From an uncultured Chloroflexia bacterium (GTDB lineage Bacteria > Chloroflexota > Chloroflexia > QHBQ01 > JADMIH01): 64,000 bases of DNA. A model generated the notes under the pieces. It did not search any database. It was not told the DNA's origin and saw only the letters and a program-made list of their open reading frames with translations. Shown here piece by piece: positions 27,829 through 39,240 of the stretch (position 1 is its first letter; every line of letters begins with the position of its first letter). Position numbers and translations under genes: made by a program. The stretch covers positions 416,001 through 480,000 of the forward strand of contig CAWCNY010000003.1 of NCBI GenBank assembly GCA_963797095.1, in the 5' to 3' direction.

Positions 27829-28761
27829 CTATTGTGATTTGCTTAACTTGACGCGGATGGGGTTAGGGCCAACAAGCAGAATCTTGTTGCGCCAGGGATC
27901 CTCAACCACTACGCCCCCTGGTTCACTCCGATCCGGCACACCCGCAGCATCCAATCGGCCAAGCACCTCATTCCGCGCCTGCTCGTCAGGCAAATGAACC
28001 GTGAAATACTGCAACCCCACGTTCTTTTCCGGGGCCGGGCCTCGGCCCCTGCTGTGCCAGATGTTCATCCCGATGTGGTGATGATACCCCCCTGCGCTGA
28101 CGAACAGCGCTCCCATCCGCTCCATATCCACAATAATATCGAAGCCAAGCACCCCGTGGTAGAACTCACGAGCCGTAGCGATATCGCCCACCTGTAGGTG
28201 TATATGCCCCATGTGCGTGCCCTCCGGCATGCCCATCCAAGGCTTACCCTCGCGCTCCGCCTCGCGCAGCACTCCTTCTACATCGACCGGGTCGCTCGCC
28301 ATCTGCAATTGCCCGTTGATCCTGGGCCACTCGTCGCGAGGACGGTCCCTGTAGATCTCGATGCCATGACCGTCCGGATCCTCAAGATACAGCGCCTCGC
28401 TCACCAGGTGGTCCCCCTGGCCCGGAAAAGGCATCCCCAAACCCAACCAGTGTCCCAGCCACCGCCCCAGGTCGGCGCGTGTCGGCATCAAGATCGCGAA
28501 GTGATACAGCCCCGTATAGCTGGCCCCACTCCTCGGCCACGGATACGCCCCCTTGCGCTCGGCCAGATGTATCAGCGGCATCTCGCCCGCGCCCAGCGTT
28601 GCTTCCTGGTCGTCTCGCTCCAAAACCCTGAATCCCAATCCCTGCGTGTAATACCTGAGCGACCGCTCAAGGTCGGACACCGTGAGGGACACCAACCCAA
28701 CATGCGTATCGGGGTGGATCGAGGCCGATCTTGCCTCTACCGACTTCTCTATGCTCGTCAT
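27829..28761 (-). CDS. Two-domain VOC family protein (CatE-like)
   Basis: GLYHFAIL, DHLVSEALYLEDPDGHGIEIYRDRP, GHIHL, AGGYHHHIG.N.W. Confidence 0.9.
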   Translation of the reverse strand: MTSIEKSVEARSASIHPDTHVGLVSLTVSDLERSLRYYTQGLGFRVLERDDQEATLGAGEMPLIHLAERKGAYPWPRSGASYTGLYHFAILMPTRADLGRWLGHWLGLGMPFPGQGDHLVSEALYLEDPDGHGIEIYRDRPRDEWPRINGQLQMASDPVDVEGVLREAEREGKPWMGMPEGTHMGHIHLQVGDIATAREFYHGVLGFDIIVDMERMGALFVSAGGYHHHIGMNIWHSRGRGPAPEKNVGLQYFTVHLPDEQARNEVLGRLDAAGVPDRSEPGGVVVEDPWRNKILLVGPNPIRVKLSKSQ

Positions 28762-28779
28762 TTTCTTCTCCTGTAACCT

Positions 28780-29211
28780 CTAATTTGCGGGCGCAAGCAC
28801 GTCGCTCAGCACATCGCCGATCGTCGAGCGTGCTAACTCCTCCTCCAATACCTGTCTGGCAGCCCGGTAGCGTCCCATCAGCGACTGCTGTATACCTCTC
28901 CCCACCGGACATCGAGGGTTCGGCTCCCGCGAGTGCATCGAGAAGAGCGGTTCGCTTTCATCCTCAACGGCACGATAAACGTCCCGCAAGGTGATCGCCT
29001 CCCCTTCCCGCGCCAGCCGCCAACCCCCACCGTTGCCGCCCTGCGAAGTAACCAGCCCGGCTCCGCGCAAGGTGCCCAGGATACGCCGGATGACCACGGG
29101 ATTCGTACTTACGCTCTCCGCGATATATTCAGACGTGAGCGGTTCGTCCCGCTGCTGAGCAAGCAAGGTCAAAGTGTGAACTGCCACAGTAAAACGGCTG
29201 TTATGACTCAT
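28780..29211 (-). CDS. Rrf2 family regulator
   Basis: SRFTVAVH.L, TSEYIA.SV.TNPVVIRRI, ITLRDVYRAV, PNPRCPVG. Confidence 0.9.
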   Translation of the reverse strand: MSHNSRFTVAVHTLTLLAQQRDEPLTSEYIAESVSTNPVVIRRILGTLRGAGLVTSQGGNGGGWRLAREGEAITLRDVYRAVEDESEPLFSMHSREPNPRCPVGRGIQQSLMGRYRAARQVLEEELARSTIGDVLSDVLAPAN

Positions 29212-29232
29212 TTGTAGATATACCGTCCTTCC

Positions 29233-29267
29233 GTAACCATTATCGTTACAGTAACATCGCTTGTCAA
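29233..29267 (-). promoter_or_regulatory. Rrf2 operon promoter and operator
   Basis: TTGACA-N17-GATAAT on the minus strand; GTAAC-N7-GTTAC palindrome. Confidence 0.65.
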
Positions 29268-29304
29268 GCGTAGGCATGTCCCGGGCCAGGCCGCAGCCAA
29301 GACG

Positions 29305-29334
29305 TGTAGGGGCGAGGCATGCCTCGCCCCTACA
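29305..29334. repeat. GTAG-type REP palindrome
   Basis: Perfect 30-bp palindrome TGTAGGGGCGAGGCATGCCTCGCCCCTACA. Confidence 0.75.
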
Positions 29335-29406
29335 ACCAATTCTTCCTTCCTACAACATACCGACTTTGCAATCGCCCTGATGCCTCAGGAAACCGCCCAG
29401 ACCGCC

Positions 29407-29469
29407 TTGCAAGCAGCACGGCCCTGTGATATAATTACAGTGCAAAACCCCACCCATGGGGGTAGGGTT
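29407..29469 (+). promoter_or_regulatory. cso promoter and CsoR-type operator
   Basis: TTGCAA-N17-TATAAT; AACCCCACCCATGGGGGTAGGGTT pseudo-palindrome with C/G tracts. Confidence 0.7.
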
Positions 29470-29483
29470 AAGGAGAAATAACT

Positions 29484-29753
29484 ATGAGAACAGAAAGCGC
29501 CAAGCAAGAGGCCCTGAAGCGCCTCGCCTATATCGAAGGCCACCTACGGGGCATCCGCAAAATGGTCGAAGACGACCAGTACTGCGTTGACGTACTAAAG
29601 CAGACCTACGCGGTCCAGAAAGCCCTCGAAAAGTTCGAGAGCACCCTCCTACGTGGGCACCTCAATTCATGCGTCCCCGAAGGCATCCGAGAAGGCCGCG
29701 CCGAACAAGTAATAGATGAGCTAGCCGAGCTATACGAGCTAGCAAGGAAATGA
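29484..29753 (+). CDS. csoR: Copper-sensing repressor CsoR
   Basis: RL..IEGH.RGI.KM, YCVDVL.Q, HLNSCV. Confidence 0.9.
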   Translation: MRTESAKQEALKRLAYIEGHLRGIRKMVEDDQYCVDVLKQTYAVQKALEKFESTLLRGHLNSCVPEGIREGRAEQVIDELAELYELARK

Positions 29754-29853
29754 AACGTGACGAGTAACGAGTGACAAGTATGCGCCCTATTGCGCACTAA
29801 CCTACTGCCTGCCCAACTACTCGTCACTCGTCACTCGTCAAAGAGTCGTCTCC

Positions 29854-32800
29854 ATGTCAATCCAACAAACACAAACCACAGAAGATACCGAAGCCACCCT
29901 CCCCATAGAAGGCATGACCTGCGCTTCCTGCGTGCGTCGCGTCGAAAAAGCCCTTGCCAAACTGCCTGGAGTGGAACTTGCCAACGTCAACCTCGCCACC
30001 GAGCAGGCCACCGTCCGCTACAATCCCTCCCTCATAGGTCGCGACGAATTCCGCCGCGCCGTAGAAAAGGCGGGGTACGGCCTGGAAGACGAACCCCGAA
30101 CCACGCACGACGAAAGCTCCACACAATCCGAGGCTGCGCAGCTATCCAGAAAGAAGGGTCTTCTTTCGTCCTTCGTCTTTCGTCCTTCGTCCTCAACCGC
30201 GTCCCTCCGCCTCAAGTTCATAGTCAGCCTGATTGCCGGCCTCCTGATCATGGCCGGGATGTTTATCCCACTATCATGGCTCCCCATCTCAATAGAGGTT
30301 CGCTACTACATCATGTTCCTCCTCGCCACCCCCGTCCAACTGTGGGCAGGCTGGCAGTTCTACAAGGGCGCATGGCAGGCCACCCGCCACCTCGCCACCA
30401 ACATGAACACGCTAATCGCGGTCGGCACCTCCGTCGCCTACCTCTACAGTGTCTTCATAACCTTCTTCCCCGACACTGTGAGCCGCGCGGGTCTCCTGCC
30501 CGAAGCCTACTACGATACCTCCACCCTCATCATCGCCCTCATCCTAATGGGCCGCTATTTCGAGGCGCGTGCCAAAGGCCGCACAGGCGATGCCATCAAG
30601 AAGCTGATGGGTCTCGCACCCCGCACCGCCCGCCTCGTGCGTGGCGACCAGGAAATCGACGTGCCAATCGAGCAGGTACAACCCGGCGACCTCCTTCGCG
30701 TGCGCCCAGGTGACAAAGTACCCGTGGACGGTGTGATCGCCGAAGGTCACTCATCTCTCGACGAATCGATGCTCACAGGCGAGAGCCTCCCCGTGGACAA
30801 GACCCCAGGCGACAAAGTGATCGGCGCTACCATCAACAAGAGCGGCTCCTTCCTCTTCCGAGCCACCAAAGTAGGCAAAGACACCGCCCTCGCGCAGATA
30901 GTTCGCATGGTCGAGGAGGCACAAGGCTCCAAAGCCCCCATCCAGCGTCTTGCCGACGAGATCTCGTCCTACTTCGTGCCCGCCGTGCTGGTCCTCTCCG
31001 CCATTACCTTCGTCCTCTGGTTCTGGCTGGGCCCCGAACCGAAGTTCACCCTCTCCCTCATCTCGATGATCTCCGTCCTCATCATCGCTTGCCCCTGCGC
31101 GCTCGGCCTCGCCACCCCCACCGCCATCATGGTCGGCACGGGCAAAGGCGCTGAATACGGCATCCTGATAAGAGGCGGCGAAGCCCTCGAAAGCGCCCAC
31201 AAGATCAACGCCATAGTCCTCGACAAAACAGGCACCCTGACGCGAGGCAAACCCACAGTCACCGACATAATTACCGCCCAAAACAACGGCACGAACGACG
31301 ATACGCAATACGCAGTACGCAATACGCAATACGCAGTACGCAATACGCAGTACGCAATAACCCCATATCCCCCCAATCCCCTACTCCGCATTCCGAACTC
31401 CGAACTCCTCTCCCTTGTCGCATCAGCCGAAAAAGGCTCCGAGCACCCATTGGGCGAGGCAATCGTAAGCTATGCCACCGGCCAAAACCTGGTCCTCACC
31501 TCCGCGCACGATTTCCAGGCCCTTTCCGGCCTCGGCATCTCGGCCCAGGTAGACGGGCGCTCTATTCTGGTCGGCAACGAACGTCTCCTGATCGATAACA
31601 GCGTCACCCTCAACGGCCTTGGCGACCGGGGCCGCACCCTCGCTCTCGAAGGCAAGACACCCATGTACGTTGCCATCGACGGCCAGCCTGCTGGCATCGT
31701 CGCCGTGGCCGACACCATCAAGCCGGAGTCGCGTCAGGCCGTCCGCGAGCTTGAGGCCCTCGGTCTCGAAGTATGGATGCTCACAGGCGACAACGAGGCC
31801 ACCGCTCACGCCATCGCCTCACAGCTTGGCATCCGCAACGTCATCGCAAACGTCCTCCCCGACCAGAAAGCCGCCAGGGTGGCCGAGCTACAGGCCGCTG
31901 GCAAGAAGGTAGCGATGGTAGGCGACGGCATCAACGACGCCCCCGCCCTCGCCCGCGCCGACCTCGGTATCGCCATCGGCACCGGGGCCGACATAGCAAT
32001 GGAAGCCTCCGACATAACCCTGGTCGGCGGCGACGTGCGCGGCGTGGTCACCGCCATCGCCCTCTCGCGCCGCACCGTGGGCACGATCCGCCAGAACCTC
32101 TTCTGGGCCTTCTTCTACAACATCATCCTGATCCCCGTAGCCGCAGGCATCCTCTACCCTCTTTTCGGCCTCCTCCTCAACCCGGTGATCGCGGGTGCGG
32201 CAATGGCGATGTCCTCCGTAAGCGTGGTCAGCAACTCCCTTCGCCTCAGGGGCTTCGCGTCACCCGCCAACCCCGACGAGATCCTCCACCCGCCCTTGCG
32301 CCGCCGCCTCACCGACGTGGGTTATCTCCTCGCAATCGGCATCCTCGCCCTGGTAATAGGCGCGGCATCCCTTTTCGCGCTCCAACCCGGCATGAATGCC
32401 CTGCACGACAATTCGGAGATGCTCACCCTCGTACCCACAGGCACAACCGCCGCCAACGTCAGGCTTGACCTCGGCAGTTCGGCCCTCCCCGGCCAACCCA
32501 CCATCCTCACCTTCTTCCTGACCGACAAGACCACCGGCCAGCCCATTCAGGATCTTGCAATCGAGCACGAAGCCGCCATACACGCCATAATCGTCAGCTA
32601 CGACCTGTCCTACTTCGCCTACGTACACCCACAGTCCGCTCCCAACGCCCAGGGCCGCTACACAATCGAGCACACCTTCCCGGCCAAAGGCGACTACGTG
32701 GTCTACATCGAGTTTGCCCCCGAAGGCAAGCCCACAGAGGTCCACCGATTCGATCTCCCCGTTGGCGGTGGAGGCACTTCCCTGCCCGACCTCGCCCCCA

Positions 32801-33183
32801 ACCTGGCCCCAGCGCAAACAGGCAGCTACACCGCCACCATCGCTGACATCTCGGACGCGCAGGGCAAGGCATACACCGTCCACATCGAGCGCGACGGCCA
32901 ACCCGTCACCGACCTGCAACCCTACCTCGGTGCTGCCGCCCACATAGTCACCCTCGACCAGTACACAGGCAGTTTCGGCCACGCCCACGCTGTAGAGGGC
33001 ACCAATGCCGCAAGCCTCGATAGCATGGAGAATATGAGCGCAATGGAGGCCACACCCGCCGCTTTCGGCCCCGACATCACCTTCCGTCCCGCTTCCGCCG
33101 GACCCGGTCTCTACAAAATGTGGGTTCAATTTGAGCACCAGGGACAGGTGCAGACCGTCTCCTGGGTTGTGGAGGTAAAATAA
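29854..33183 (+). CDS. copA: Cu(I) P1B-ATPase with long C-terminal extension
   Basis: [39 protein letters not shown]. Confidence 0.93.
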   Translation: MSIQQTQTTEDTEATLPIEGMTCASCVRRVEKALAKLPGVELANVNLATEQATVRYNPSLIGRDEFRRAVEKAGYGLEDEPRTTHDESSTQSEAAQLSRKKGLLSSFVFRPSSSTASLRLKFIVSLIAGLLIMAGMFIPLSWLPISIEVRYYIMFLLATPVQLWAGWQFYKGAWQATRHLATNMNTLIAVGTSVAYLYSVFITFFPDTVSRAGLLPEAYYDTSTLIIALILMGRYFEARAKGRTGDAIKKLMGLAPRTARLVRGDQEIDVPIEQVQPGDLLRVRPGDKVPVDGVIAEGHSSLDESMLTGESLPVDKTPGDKVIGATINKSGSFLFRATKVGKDTALAQIVRMVEEAQGSKAPIQRLADEISSYFVPAVLVLSAITFVLWFWLGPEPKFTLSLISMISVLIIACPCALGLATPTAIMVGTGKGAEYGILIRGGEALESAHKINAIVLDKTGTLTRGKPTVTDIITAQNNGTNDDTQYAVRNTQYAVRNTQYAITPYPPNPLLRIPNSELLSLVASAEKGSEHPLGEAIVSYATGQNLVLTSAHDFQALSGLGISAQVDGRSILVGNERLLIDNSVTLNGLGDRGRTLALEGKTPMYVAIDGQPAGIVAVADTIKPESRQAVRELEALGLEVWMLTGDNEATAHAIASQLGIRNVIANVLPDQKAARVAELQAAGKKVAMVGDGINDAPALARADLGIAIGTGADIAMEASDITLVGGDVRGVVTAIALSRRTVGTIRQNLFWAFFYNIILIPVAAGILYPLFGLLLNPVIAGAAMAMSSVSVVSNSLRLRGFASPANPDEILHPPLRRRLTDVGYLLAIGILALVIGAASLFALQPGMNALHDNSEMLTLVPTGTTAANVRLDLGSSALPGQPTILTFFLTDKTTGQPIQDLAIEHEAAIHAIIVSYDLSYFAYVHPQSAPNAQGRYTIEHTFPAKGDYVVYIEFAPEGKPTEVHRFDLPVGGGGTSLPDLAPNLAPAQTGSYTATIADISDAQGKAYTVHIERDGQPVTDLQPYLGAAAHIVTLDQYTGSFGHAHAVEGTNAASLDSMENMSAMEATPAAFGPDITFRPASAGPGLYKMWVQFEHQGQVQTVSWVVEVK

Positions 33184-33251
33184 ACCATACAAATCCAATC
33201 ATTTCAGGCCAATCCAAAATCGATCAGACTATAATGAAAGGACAAAACAAA

Positions 33252-33467
33252 ATGACCCAGGTAACACTCAACGTACCCGATATATCATGCGAGCACTGCG
33301 AAAAAACGATAGTCGAAGCCCTCCGCGACAAACCAGGAGTAGAAGCAGTAGCCGTGAGCATCCCAGGCAAAATCGTCCTACTCAAATACGACGAAGGCCG
33401 TATCAACCTCAACGAAGTCAAAGTGATCCTCGACGAAGAAGGCTACCCTGTAGCCGGCACAAGATAA
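33252..33467 (+). CDS. copZ: Copper chaperone
   Basis: ISCEHC HMA motif; follows copA. Confidence 0.88.
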   Translation: MTQVTLNVPDISCEHCEKTIVEALRDKPGVEAVAVSIPGKIVLLKYDEGRINLNEVKVILDEEGYPVAGTR

Positions 33468-33534
33468 CACGCTAAGATTCGCTCAAGAGGAAATGCCTGC
33501 CAGGCCCACAACTCAAATCTAAACATGAAACTCT

Positions 33535-33678
33535 AAACATGAAACACCCCGAATTCTTAGATGCAGCTTCGCAGGCGTGCAATCTGGTTCTAAAACAAGC
33601 AAAATGGCGGCAAAGCCGCCATTTTGCTTGTTTTAGAAAGCCCCTCCCCAAGATTTTGGTAGGGGTTGGGGTGGGGTC
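33535..33678 (+). repeat. Dispersed palindromic repeat (MITE/REP-like)
   Basis: Perfect 24-bp arms at 33588-33638; inverted copy at 61866-62008. Confidence 0.75.
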
Positions 33679-33701
33679 AAAGAGGGCAAATCAGAAACCT
33701 T

Positions 33702-34013
33702 GTGATGACTCCGCATGGCGTAAACGCCAGCAGCTTCTACGGTTTTGCACCGATGCATACTCATCCATATGCCATTAAGGTTGCACTATAGGAGACACCT
33801 AAGATGCTTTTACGCTGCACAAGGGTTTCGTGCAACAACCCGCTAACATCTTGCATTATCAAAGTGCGGACTACTACCCGAAGGCAATAGTGGCGTGTAG
33901 CATTGGTTAGCTTCCACGTTACTTCAATTATACGACAAAGGAGAGACTATGAGCAACCTTTTATCAGCCGAACCACAGCCCATAAATGGGCATGGCTTTC
34001 AAGGTTTTCTGTA
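33702..34013 (-). mobile_element. Non-coding IS200/IS605-derived cassette, copy 2 (312 bp)
   Basis: Near-identical to 62144-62455; terminal hairpins; TCAC right end. Confidence 0.85.
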
Positions 34014-34041
34014 ATCGTCAAGAGCACGGGCAGCCCCGCGT

Positions 34042-35598
34042 TTACCCCTCCTCAAGCGCCGACCGAATAAGCTCCTGCTTCAAATCCCACAACCTCTGCG
34101 TCAGCGACACGTGATACACGTGCGGGTTGATCAACCTCCGCACGCCCGCATCCAACCGCTCCACATCTTTGATCCTCTGCGTTCGGATCGCTTCAATATC
34201 TGGCAAGTCATACACCAACTTCCCCTCCCGCAGCACCTCCACATACAACGGCTCCACCTCCGAAAGACTTTCCCTACCGATGGTCCTCATCAGCGTATGG
34301 TCTGACGGGTGCCGCGCCACGATCCTCTCCATCCCCGCAGGGTCCTCATCAACCAACCCAAGCAGGTCCGCCGTTGCCTTCCCCCGGCTGTCATACAATC
34401 GCCAGGCCCCCTTCCTGCCGGGGTTGGGCGTCTTGGTCGTCTGCTCCGATATCTTGATGGCCGGCTTCCAATCTCCCCCATGCTCCACCGCCACCAACTT
34501 ATACACCCCGCCCAGCGCAGGCTCCCCCTCCGACGTGATCAGCCGCGTACCAACCCCGAACGCCAGCCGCTTGATCAGCGCATCCGCGTCCACTCCATAG
34601 CGTGGGGCCTCCTCCGATATCTGGGCAAGTATTTGCCAGATCACAAGTTCGTCCAGGTCGTTCGACAGCGTAATTGAAGTGTTTTCAAACCCCGCCTGAT
34701 TCAGCATCCGCGCCGCCTGTATGCTCAAATACGCCAGGTCGCCCGAATCGAGCCTGATCCCCACCGGCTCATGCCCCTTCGCCCTCAACTCCTCGAACAC
34801 CCTGATGGCGTTGGGCACCCCGCTCTCCAGCGTATTGATCGTATCCACCAGCAGCAAACAGTCGTCCGGGTATGCCTCCGCATACGCCCGAAACGCCCCC
34901 AGTTCCCCCTCCCCGAGCGTCATAAACACCTGCACCATGCTGTGCGCGTGCGTTCCCTTCGGGTCAAATCCAAGCACGTGCGACGCCCCCACATTCGACG
35001 AAAAATCGGCCCCACCGATCAACGCCGCTCGCGTCCCCGCATTCGCTCCCTTCCCCTGCGCCCTCCTCAGCCCGAACTCCAGCACCAACCTGCCGCGCCC
35101 CATATCATGCACCAGCGCGGCTTTGGTCGCGATCAGCGTCTGGAAATTAAGGTGGTTCAGCAGCGACGTTTCCAGTATCTGCGCCATCGCCATCGGCCCC
35201 TCCACCACAGTCAGCGGCACCTGCGGATGCACCACCCTCCCCTCCGGTATAGCATGCAGCGAAATCGCGCTGAAATCCCCCTCTTTCCGCAGCCACCCCA
35301 GAAAATCGTCGTCAAACACCCGCCTGCCCGACCTACCTTTCTGCCCCCGCAAATAATCGATCTCCACGTCCCCAAACCGCGACTGCCCCATCCAATCGAG
35401 CAGCCACTCCAAGCCCGCGTTCACGCAATACCCCGCCTGGTGCGTCCCATAATTCGGGTAAGACCTGAAAAAATGGTCGAACTGCACCTTGCGCGTATGC
35501 AACCCCGCGCGGAAATAGACCTGGGCCATCGTCAACTGGTACTCGTCTGTGTAAAGTATTCCCTCGGCCATAGCTCTATCTTTGCTCTTCATCCCCAC
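34042..35598 (-). CDS. pncB: Nicotinate phosphoribosyltransferase
   Basis: [39 protein letters not shown]; exact start uncertain. Confidence 0.93.
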   Translation of the reverse strand: MGMKSKDRAMAEGILYTDEYQLTMAQVYFRAGLHTRKVQFDHFFRSYPNYGTHQAGYCVNAGLEWLLDWMGQSRFGDVEIDYLRGQKGRSGRRVFDDDFLGWLRKEGDFSAISLHAIPEGRVVHPQVPLTVVEGPMAMAQILETSLLNHLNFQTLIATKAALVHDMGRGRLVLEFGLRRAQGKGANAGTRAALIGGADFSSNVGASHVLGFDPKGTHAHSMVQVFMTLGEGELGAFRAYAEAYPDDCLLLVDTINTLESGVPNAIRVFEELRAKGHEPVGIRLDSGDLAYLSIQAARMLNQAGFENTSITLSNDLDELVIWQILAQISEEAPRYGVDADALIKRLAFGVGTRLITSEGEPALGGVYKLVAVEHGGDWKPAIKISEQTTKTPNPGRKGAWRLYDSRGKATADLLGLVDEDPAGMERIVARHPSDHTLMRTIGRESLSEVEPLYVEVLREGKLVYDLPDIEAIRTQRIKDVERLDAGVRRLINPHVYHVSLTQRLWDLKQELIRSALEEG

Positions 35599-35696
35599 CT
35601 CACTATCACTTGCGAATCATGCAGACCGCGCTCCAATCCCGCCCCCAGGACCCCAAGCCCCACCATCGTCCTCCCTCACTCGTCACGCGTCACTTG

Positions 35697-36770
35697 TCAC
35701 GCGTCACCCGTCCACATTCGTCCTTCGTCCTTCGTCTTTCGTCTGTTTTCATCCTCCGTGCCCCCATACAACTCCACCACCGCCCCCGCCGTATCCAGCA
35801 CCGCCATGTGCAAATCCAGAGGCTCAACCACCTCGGCGTTCACCCCCAGCCCCAAAATACTGGCCCTAGCCTCCTCGAACGATTGGAACGTCAGCGTCAA
35901 CCTGATCCACCCATCTCCGTCGGGAGGCCCCGCCCCCTCGATAAGCGCCCTCATCCCTTCCCCGTAGATGCGCGGCAGCATATACACAAAATCGGGCGAC
36001 ACCCGGATCGTCGCACTGTACTTCGGCTGCCCGTCCTGGAACTCCCTCTGCCATCTCTCCCAGTACTCCCGCAAATTGAACCATTCGGGCCTCTCAAAAT
36101 GAGCTTCCATAGCTTCAGCGTGCTGGATCCTCGACACCCTGTACACCTGCAGCGACCGCCGCGCCGCCTTCATCCGCGTAACCCCAAGCGGCCTCGCATT
36201 CGCCGCCACAGCCGCCACCACGTACCACACCCCGCCTTTCGCCACCAACCCGTAAGGCTCAAGACAGCGCCTCACCTTCCCACTATCCGATTTTACATAC
36301 ATTATGTCAACCAACTGGTCGTCCCACACCGCCCGCTGCATCAAATCCAGGTACGGCACGTCCTCAGGCGGTCGAAACCATTCCGCCGTGTCAATGTACA
36401 TCCTCTCCCGCACCTGCTCGATGCTGCGCCGCTGAGTAGGAGGCAGGCTGGCGGTCAGCTTGAGCACCGCCGCCTCAATAGACTTCCCCAACCCCAGGTC
36501 CGCCAGCGGCCCCGGCACCGCCGACAGAAACAGCGCCCGTACCTCCCCCTCGCTCAACCCTGTGAGGTTGCTCCGATAATTATCGGGCAGCAGCACCCCT
36601 CCACCCGGCCCACGCTCGGCCAGCACAGGCACCCCCGAAGCATGCAAAGCCTCCAGGTCCCGGTAGATAGTCCGCTCCGAAACCTCCAATTCCTCCGAAA
36701 GCTCGGCGGCGGTCATCCGCCCCCGCGCCTGGAGAAACATCAATATAGAAATAAGTCTATCAGCACGCAT
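35697..36770 (-). CDS. YafY-like HTH-WYL regulator
   Basis: MRADRL, EVSERTIYRD..AL, PYGLV..GVWY, YRVSRI. Confidence 0.92.
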   Translation of the reverse strand: MRADRLISILMFLQARGRMTAAELSEELEVSERTIYRDLEALHASGVPVLAERGPGGGVLLPDNYRSNLTGLSEGEVRALFLSAVPGPLADLGLGKSIEAAVLKLTASLPPTQRRSIEQVRERMYIDTAEWFRPPEDVPYLDLMQRAVWDDQLVDIMYVKSDSGKVRRCLEPYGLVAKGGVWYVVAAVAANARPLGVTRMKAARRSLQVYRVSRIQHAEAMEAHFERPEWFNLREYWERWQREFQDGQPKYSATIRVSPDFVYMLPRIYGEGMRALIEGAGPPDGDGWIRLTLTFQSFEEARASILGLGVNAEVVEPLDLHMAVLDTAGAVVELYGGTEDENRRKTKDEGRMWTGDA

Positions 36771-37044
36771 TTCTTCTTCTCTTATTCACCGCAAAGATGC
36801 AGGGCACAGAGGTCAGCGTCGGACGATCACATCCTCAACAACCCCATCCATTATATAGCTGCAGTCCAACCGTTTACTCATATACATACAGGCCAAGCCC
36901 TAAGAAACGCATGGCCTCCCTATGGCCTCCCTAATGTATAATCAAAAGAAGACCGTCATGGGCAATGCTGGTGCATAAAACCCACGAAAGCGGCTCAAGT
37001 GCAGACATCCGGAGCGGGCATCCTGGTCGGCGTTCTGCTGCATT

Positions 37045-37275
37045 GTCACCCAGGGCAAGTCCCGTAGGGATGCAAGAGACTAACCCAGAACGTAAGCCCT
37101 GTGCATCACCAACCACCCAAGCAAAGTCCGGTAGGGGTGTAAGAACACCACCTGGGGCGCGACCCCTGTGGCTCATACAACCCGAGCAAAGTCCCGGAGG
37201 GAGAGTAGCCCAGGGCGTAAGCCCTGCGGTGGGCCCAAGATAACACCGTAAGCCCCCTAGGGGCGTAAGAACAAC
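37045..37275. repeat. REP/BIME-like cluster
   Basis: Alternating CCCAG..CGTAAGCCCTG and AG(T/C)CC..TAGGGG.GTAAGAACA units. Confidence 0.6.
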
Positions 37276-37382
37276 CACTCCGTCCTGTATAATGCAATCC
37301 CCATCCTCCACTCTCCGACCTTCGTCCTTCGACTTTCGTCCTTCGTCCCCACCTATCACATATCACGCTCCAGGAGCCACCA

Positions 37383-39140
37383 TTGGAAACAGAAGCCAAA
37401 TTCACAGTATCAGACGAGGCCACTTTTGCCCACCTCAGAACCGTTGACCAATTCGGTCCCTACCAAAAACGCGACGAACGCACCAAGGAAATCACCGACC
37501 GCTACCTCGACACCTCCCGCTTCAACTTCCTCAACAAAGGCTGGGCCTTGCGATTGCGCCAGGGCAAAGAAGGCGACCTCCTCATTACAATCAAGGGCCT
37601 TGAGCGCCATCCCCTGGACGACGGCGCAGAATCCGGCGGCATCCACGCCCGCGAGGAGTACGAAACCTCGGCCCCAGGGATCACCATCGGCAGATGGCCC
37701 GCGAGTGAGGCCAGGCGGTTGGCTCGCAGCATCGCGGGCCACCTTCCCCTGCGCGACCTCGTAAGCGTAGATCAGGTCCGCAACGTGTCCCGTCTCTACG
37801 ACGGCGAGCGTGCCGTGGCCGAGCTTAGCCTGGACCACGTGACCTTCCACCGCAGCAAGGATCAGGTCGAAGCCGATACTACCTACGAACTTGAAGCCGA
37901 GCTTCTCCCCGATGGCACTGTCGTCGACCTCCGCGCCCTCTCGCACATCTTCACAGAAGAATACGGCCTGGAACCGCAACTCTATTCCAAGTTCGAGCAA
38001 GCCCTTCTGATCGCCGGTATCACCCCCGACATGACCGACCCGGCAACCCAGGTGGCTACACCCAGGAGGCGCACCCGCCAGCCCCGCGCCGCCACTCAGG
38101 AACCCGCTCCTCCCTCCCTTGAGGCCCCCGCCCCTCCGCCTCCCGCCCCGCCTGAGCCGCCTGCCAAACCCTCAAACTCTGACCCAAAGTCCCGCATCCA
38201 GAGCACCGATAGTATGGCCCTCGCCGGGCGCAAGCTGATCGCCCAACACTACGAGGCTATGCTCTCCAACGAAGAAGGCTCCCGGCTGGGCGAAGACCCC
38301 GAAGCCGTCCACGACATGCGCGTGGCAACCCGCCGCATGCGCGCCGCTATGCGCGTCTTCGGTCCCCACCTTCAGAGCAAGCGCGCCCGCGAGGTCGCTT
38401 CCGGTCTGCGCGACATCGCCCACGCCCTCGGAGAAGTGCGCGACCTCGATGTGCTCATTGGCAATGTAGAAACGTTCCGCGAGTCCCTTCCGCAGGAGCG
38501 CCAACCCGGCCTGCACGGAATGCTCGAAGAATGGCGCGTGAAGCGTTGGAAGGCGCGCAAAGCCCTCCTGCGCCTCCTCAACTCCAAAGAATACCGCCTC
38601 TTCAAGCGCGAAATGGACCGCTTCCTGAACGAAAAAATCGGTCCCCCTAACGACACCGAAGGCGCGCAACCCTACCAGGTGCGTCACCTCATCGGCAGCA
38701 CCATTATTTCGCACTACGAATCGGTTCGCTCCTTCGAAGCCCTGCCGGGCGAGCCTACCATACTCCAGTTGCACGCCCTCCGCATAGCTGGCAAATACTT
38801 CCGCTATACCCTGGAGTTCTTCCGCGATGTCCTCCCCAAAGACGTAACTGCCATGATCCGCGACGTTACAAAGCTCCAGGACAACCTGGGCGAGCTACAC
38901 GATGCCGATGTAGCCCACGCCCTCGTCGAAGACTATGCAAAAGAGCAAACAAAACACCGCGACCACAAAACGAGCGACGAAGCCCAATCTTCCACCGAAA
39001 CCACCCCACCTGGCCTGGCCGCCTACCTGGACGACCTGCACTCCACCATGGATCGCAAGCGAAAAGAATATGTAACCACCTGGGCCAATCTCCACAGTCC
39101 GGAATGGCGCAAACGCCTCGCCGCCCTGCTGGTGACCTGA
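37383..39140 (+). CDS. CYTH + CHAD domain protein
   Basis: ExExK, D.YLDT, LRLR, ELEAEL, SKFE; VHDMRVATRRMR, RDLDV, LHALRI..K.FRY, QD.LG.LHD. Confidence 0.9.
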   Translation: METEAKFTVSDEATFAHLRTVDQFGPYQKRDERTKEITDRYLDTSRFNFLNKGWALRLRQGKEGDLLITIKGLERHPLDDGAESGGIHAREEYETSAPGITIGRWPASEARRLARSIAGHLPLRDLVSVDQVRNVSRLYDGERAVAELSLDHVTFHRSKDQVEADTTYELEAELLPDGTVVDLRALSHIFTEEYGLEPQLYSKFEQALLIAGITPDMTDPATQVATPRRRTRQPRAATQEPAPPSLEAPAPPPPAPPEPPAKPSNSDPKSRIQSTDSMALAGRKLIAQHYEAMLSNEEGSRLGEDPEAVHDMRVATRRMRAAMRVFGPHLQSKRAREVASGLRDIAHALGEVRDLDVLIGNVETFRESLPQERQPGLHGMLEEWRVKRWKARKALLRLLNSKEYRLFKREMDRFLNEKIGPPNDTEGAQPYQVRHLIGSTIISHYESVRSFEALPGEPTILQLHALRIAGKYFRYTLEFFRDVLPKDVTAMIRDVTKLQDNLGELHDADVAHALVEDYAKEQTKHRDHKTSDEAQSSTETTPPGLAAYLDDLHSTMDRKRKEYVTTWANLHSPEWRKRLAALLVT

Positions 39141-39240
39141 AAAGTAATGCGTGTTACGTGTTACGCGTTACGTGTTATGTGACTATCGCTACTCGTCACT
39201 CGTCACTCGTCACTCGTCACGCGCCACTAGTCCCGCCCCA

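Noticed and set aside
34771-36941. Long plus-strand ORFs of 398 and 443 aa
   Set aside because: Antisense to pncB and the WYL gene; typical high-GC shadow frames
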